A DNA stretch of 64,000 nt, taken from Eledone cirrhosa. Lineage: Eukaryota. The translations under genes and the position numbers were made by a program. The notes beneath the pieces were generated by a model. The model saw nothing but the letters and a program-made list of their open reading frames with translations, was not told the DNA's origin and searched no databases. Numbering within the stretch: position 1 is the stretch's first letter; each line of letters starts with the position of its first letter. Location: positions 27,280,001 to 27,344,000 of the forward strand of contig OZ024750.1 of the NCBI GenBank assembly GCA_964016885.1, in the 5' to 3' direction. Positions 59,996-64,000 of the stretch are shown piece after piece.

Positions 59996-60298
59996 TGTTT
60001 ATGTAAGCTCGGGTGTTTTGTATGTGTCTATGTATACAAGGGGGGGTTTTGTTTGTTTCCATAAAGATTCATTTGTATAAAAAATGTGTGGAAACATTTC
60101 ATCGGTCAAAAAGTAAGACGAATCCCATGATTGACAAGAGAGCGATATTTACATAGAATATGCGAGAGAGAGAGAGAGTGTGGAGGGGGAGAGGAAGGGC
60201 AGATGGAGAGAGAAAAACGAGAGAGAGGAAGGGGAGATAGAGAGGGAAAGATGAAGGATTGTCACAGGACAAAAAAGAATAAAGATACAAACGAATAG

Positions 60299-60346
<48 letters not shown>

Positions 60347-60349
60347 TAT

Positions 60350-60685
60350 ATACGATATTAACAAATGGAAACTATATTTATAAAACCATATTTATATCAT
60401 TATACATATTTCAAGGACACCAAGTTAAATTATGATGTGCTTTCATCAGATAAAATATAATATAGATCAGTTTTATAAATAAATATTGACATACCCTTAA
60501 AGAATGCAACCATTACTGTTGGAAGCTAACGGATAGTCCGGTATGTCAATATTTATTTATAAAGCTGATCTATATTATATTTTATCTGATGAAAGGACAC
60601 CATAATTTAACTTGGTGTCCCTGAAATATGTATAATGAAATAAATATGGTTTTATAAATATAGTTTCCATTTGTTAATATCGTAT
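60350..60685. repeat. Inverted repeat, ~145 bp arms, 44-nt spacer
   Basis: 60350-60495 is the reverse complement of 60540-60685 with a few mismatches. Confidence 0.85.
60578..60642 (+). ncRNA. Type I hammerhead motif, family D
   Basis: tattttat-CTGATGA-aaggacacca...tggtgtccct-GAAA-tatgta-TA-atgaaata. Confidence 0.65.
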
Positions 60686-60769
60686 TTTTACTCCAAATAT
60701 TTGTTGAGTGCTTTATATCAGTTATAAAAATATTTGGTTGTTGTATCCCAACAATTTAAATAGAACTTT

Positions 60770-60863
<94 letters not shown>

Positions 60864-61457
60864 AAAAAGTGGGGAGAAGAATACTGCAGGTTGCACATGG
60901 ATAACATGTTATAAAATGAGTCCCTCATCAGTGATTTGCCAACGATCATAGATATTTCATTGCATTAAAATTCATATACCTCACGTTGGTGCAATAATAA
61001 CTAAATTAAGTTATTAGGACAATTAAAACGCGTTAAGCGAGTGAGACAAGTAAACAACAAAGAGGAAAGCTAACCGTAGATAGGAAAGACACAAGTTATT
61101 GTGTCTTTCCTATCTACATAGTTATTCTATCAGTATAAGCTGGGTGAATATAATAGCGCGTAGAAAATAGACCTTTCGAGATTAATCCTATGTAAGAAAG
61201 AAGGAAATCCTTTTCGTCGCGAACGGGGTGAAGTGAGAAGGGGAGAAACAGTGAGTGAGTGAGTGAGTGGAAGTGTGAGGAAGAGGTCAGTAGAGAGAAA
61301 GTGTTAACTGACATGACAGAGGGGGCGAAAGAAAGTAAGAGAAACAGTGAGAACGAGGGAGCAGTAAGAGAGAGAGAGAGAAAATCAGAATCGCAGTTTA
61401 GGTAAATATATGTGAAAAAATGGGGAGAAGAATATATATATATTGTTATACTTTGTT

Positions 61458-62026
61458 ATACAGAAAAGACGCAATGTTTAGACAAATTACAGAGGCAATA
61501 AACATAAAAGAATTACAACCAAAATTAAATAGAAAATATGAGTGGAACAGCAACATCACAACTTACAATTAAGGACAAAATGAAAACACACACACACATA
61601 GAACAAACAACCAACCAGTAACATGTAAATAAACAAATAAATAAATGAACATAAACACACACAGACACCCGGATGTGGCGCATGCGCAGACTGAGCACAC
61701 AACACACACACAGAAACAAAATGGCGTAGGACAGAACAAAGGAGAGGCACAGAAACAAAGAAAGGAATCCCAGTCACTGAAGAGGTCACAGAGTGTGTGA
61801 CGAAAGAACTATGACTATATATAAACAACTATCTGGTTGTGGAACCAACCAGCCAACCAGAAATTTATAAATTTATAAATTTATTATAAATTTATTATAA
61901 TAAATTGAAGTGAAAGCAACTGGTGCGTGTGTTTCTTATTGGCAACATGACCCTCCCAAAGTATAACAATATCGGTTTCAACACACGATTTCAGATAAAG
62001 AATCTTGCTAAACAAATTCAGAAACG

Positions 62027-62030
<4 letters not shown>
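61458..62030 (+). mobile_element. 3' end of the same Penelope-like family as 8845-9509
   Basis: Colinear with 8845-9509, includes the hammerhead motif at 61772-61816, ends in (TA)n. Confidence 0.75.
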
Positions 62031-62090
<60 letters not shown>

Positions 62091-62232
62091 GTAGGTCTCG
62101 GGTTGAGTCGGGGATAACCACAGTAAGTTACTCAATACATGGCAGAGTAAAATATATTTATTGTATAGAAGGAGCTTCTACAGGACTAGAACTGTTTCAT
62201 TATTCTAGTCCTGTAGAAGCTCCTTCTATACA

Positions 62233-62295
<63 letters not shown>

Positions 62296-63034
62296 ATATT
62301 AATAAATGTGAAACTATATTTATAAAAGTATATTTATTTTATTATATATATTCCAAGGCAAATTATGGTGCGCTTTCATCAGATAATAAACAGATTTGTT
62401 TTATAAATAAATATTGACATACCCGGAAAAAAAGACAACCTTAACGGTTGGAGCTTCCTGGATAGTGGAGATAATATTTTATTGAGGGTAATACAAATTT
62501 ATGAGTGAGTATGCAAATGAGTGTCCGAAAAGTTGAAAAGATAACGGTTTATTTAAATTAAACTGTTGGAAGAAGATGATATGTAAGGGAGAGAGAATAA
62601 AGAAAAGGAAGGAGAAAGAGAGAAGAGGAAAGAAAGAACGATTATACATAGTTATAGTGAAGAAAGTCAGAGTGAATGAAGAAATAAGTTTTAATGGAAA
62701 AATATACATAGCGTAAATATATCTAAGTGAAAGAAGAAGTGAAAGAAGAAATAAGATTAACGTGGAATAATATTATTTAGAATGTAGGGTTCATTACGTT
62801 GTGATTATAATATTTATAAAGATAGGTTCAAAAATTAGATTAAAATTAAAAATTAAAAATCAAAAATAAAGATTAAAATTTGCCTTAATATTAAAGATTT
62901 AATTTAATATTAATATTAACAATTAAAAATTAAAAATTAAAATTTAAAAAGAAGTATTTATATTATATTAAGATGTATTAGTAATAATATATTGGTTTAG
63001 ATGTGTATGTTATGGATTATAAATTATTTAAATG

Positions 63035-63222
63035 GTGGATTGGCAGTATCGGTAGAGAGTCGGACGCCATTCTTTGCAGCAAAGAGTTACGTCCCTTTAT
63101 GGTCTGAGTTCAAATCCCACCGAGGTTAACTTTGCCTTTCATCCTTACGGGGTCGATAAAATAAAGTACCAGTAATACACTGGGATAATTGCTGGCCTTG
63201 TGCCAAAAGTAGAAACAATTAT
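63035..63222 (+). mobile_element. tRNA-derived SINE
   Basis: Close match to 915-1098. Confidence 0.75.
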
Positions 63223-64000
63223 AAATTATTTAAATAAATATATAGTATTTTACATTAGAGAATATGTAGTATAGTTTATTTTATTAAAGTAAGTTTGGCA
63301 AAATTATATTTATTAATAGTTTAAGTCCACTAACTGTTGAGTGGTTGATATCAGTTATAAAAATGTGAGAGAGATAATTTATATATATAAATATGTATAT
63401 ATATAGTTTATATATATAAATATGTATATATATAGTTTATATATATATATATAGATAGTTTATATATATATATATATAAAACATGAGAAGAAAGAAGAAT
63501 ACTGCGTGGTTTGCACATGGGTTACATATGATAAAAATAGTCCTTCGTCAGTGATTTTCAACCATCATTGGTATTTCATCGCATTAAAAATCAGATACCT
63601 CAGGTTGGTGCGAGCAATAACTAGAAAAAGTTATTGGGACCAGAATTCGGGTGAGACGAGGGGGACAAGTAAACAACATAGAAGGATAAAAGCAAACCGA
63701 AGATAGGAAAATAAACAAGCAACATGGTTGTCCGGTCAGCATAAACTGGGTGGATTTCATGAGCGAGAGAGGTACAGACCGTGTTGATGTGTGTGAAATG
63801 TGAGCAAGAAGAGACCCACACAAGCCAAACGGGAGGAAGTGAGAAGGGGAGAAACAGAGAGTGAGTGAGTGGAAGTGTGAGGAAGAGGTCAGTCGAGAGA
63901 AAGTGTAACTGACAGGGGGGGGGGCGAAAGAAGGTGAGAGAAACAGAGAGAGCGGTGAAGCAGTAAGAGAGAAACAGACAAACGCAGCCAAGGTAAATAT

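Noticed and set aside
59312-60062. Long ORFs of 200+ aa (also 20219..20917, 35984..36571, 37261..37794)
   Set aside because: Translations of (TA)n/(TG)n/(GA)n microsatellites lacking stops in some frames; no coding signal.

Overview
AT-rich animal genomic DNA packed with (TA)n/(TG)n/(GA)n microsatellites; the SINEs resemble those I know from octopod cephalopods (inference, not checked). Nearly all supplied ORFs are microsatellite artefacts. Reading splice sites by hand reveals two tandem paralogous + strand genes for a type I membrane protein: signal-peptide exon, an array of phase 1-1 135-bp exons each encoding an 8-Cys EGF-like (MEGF10/SREC-type) repeat, a 97-bp TM exon and an Asp/Asn-rich tail exon. 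Copy 1 (2186-14807) lacks its 5' end in this window. Copy 2 (24642-57536) appears complete, 12 exons and 521 aa if all are included. The paralogs differ almost only by amino-acid-changing substitutions, and the TM exon is far more diverged than the adjacent intron. Introns and intergenic DNA hold Penelope-like element debris, many fold-back palindromes, at least six sequence families of type I hammerhead ribozyme motifs (one as sense-strand tandem pairs 619 nt apart), plus CRE- and RTE-like LINE relics, a non-autonomous Helitron, MITEs and tRNA-derived SINEs.
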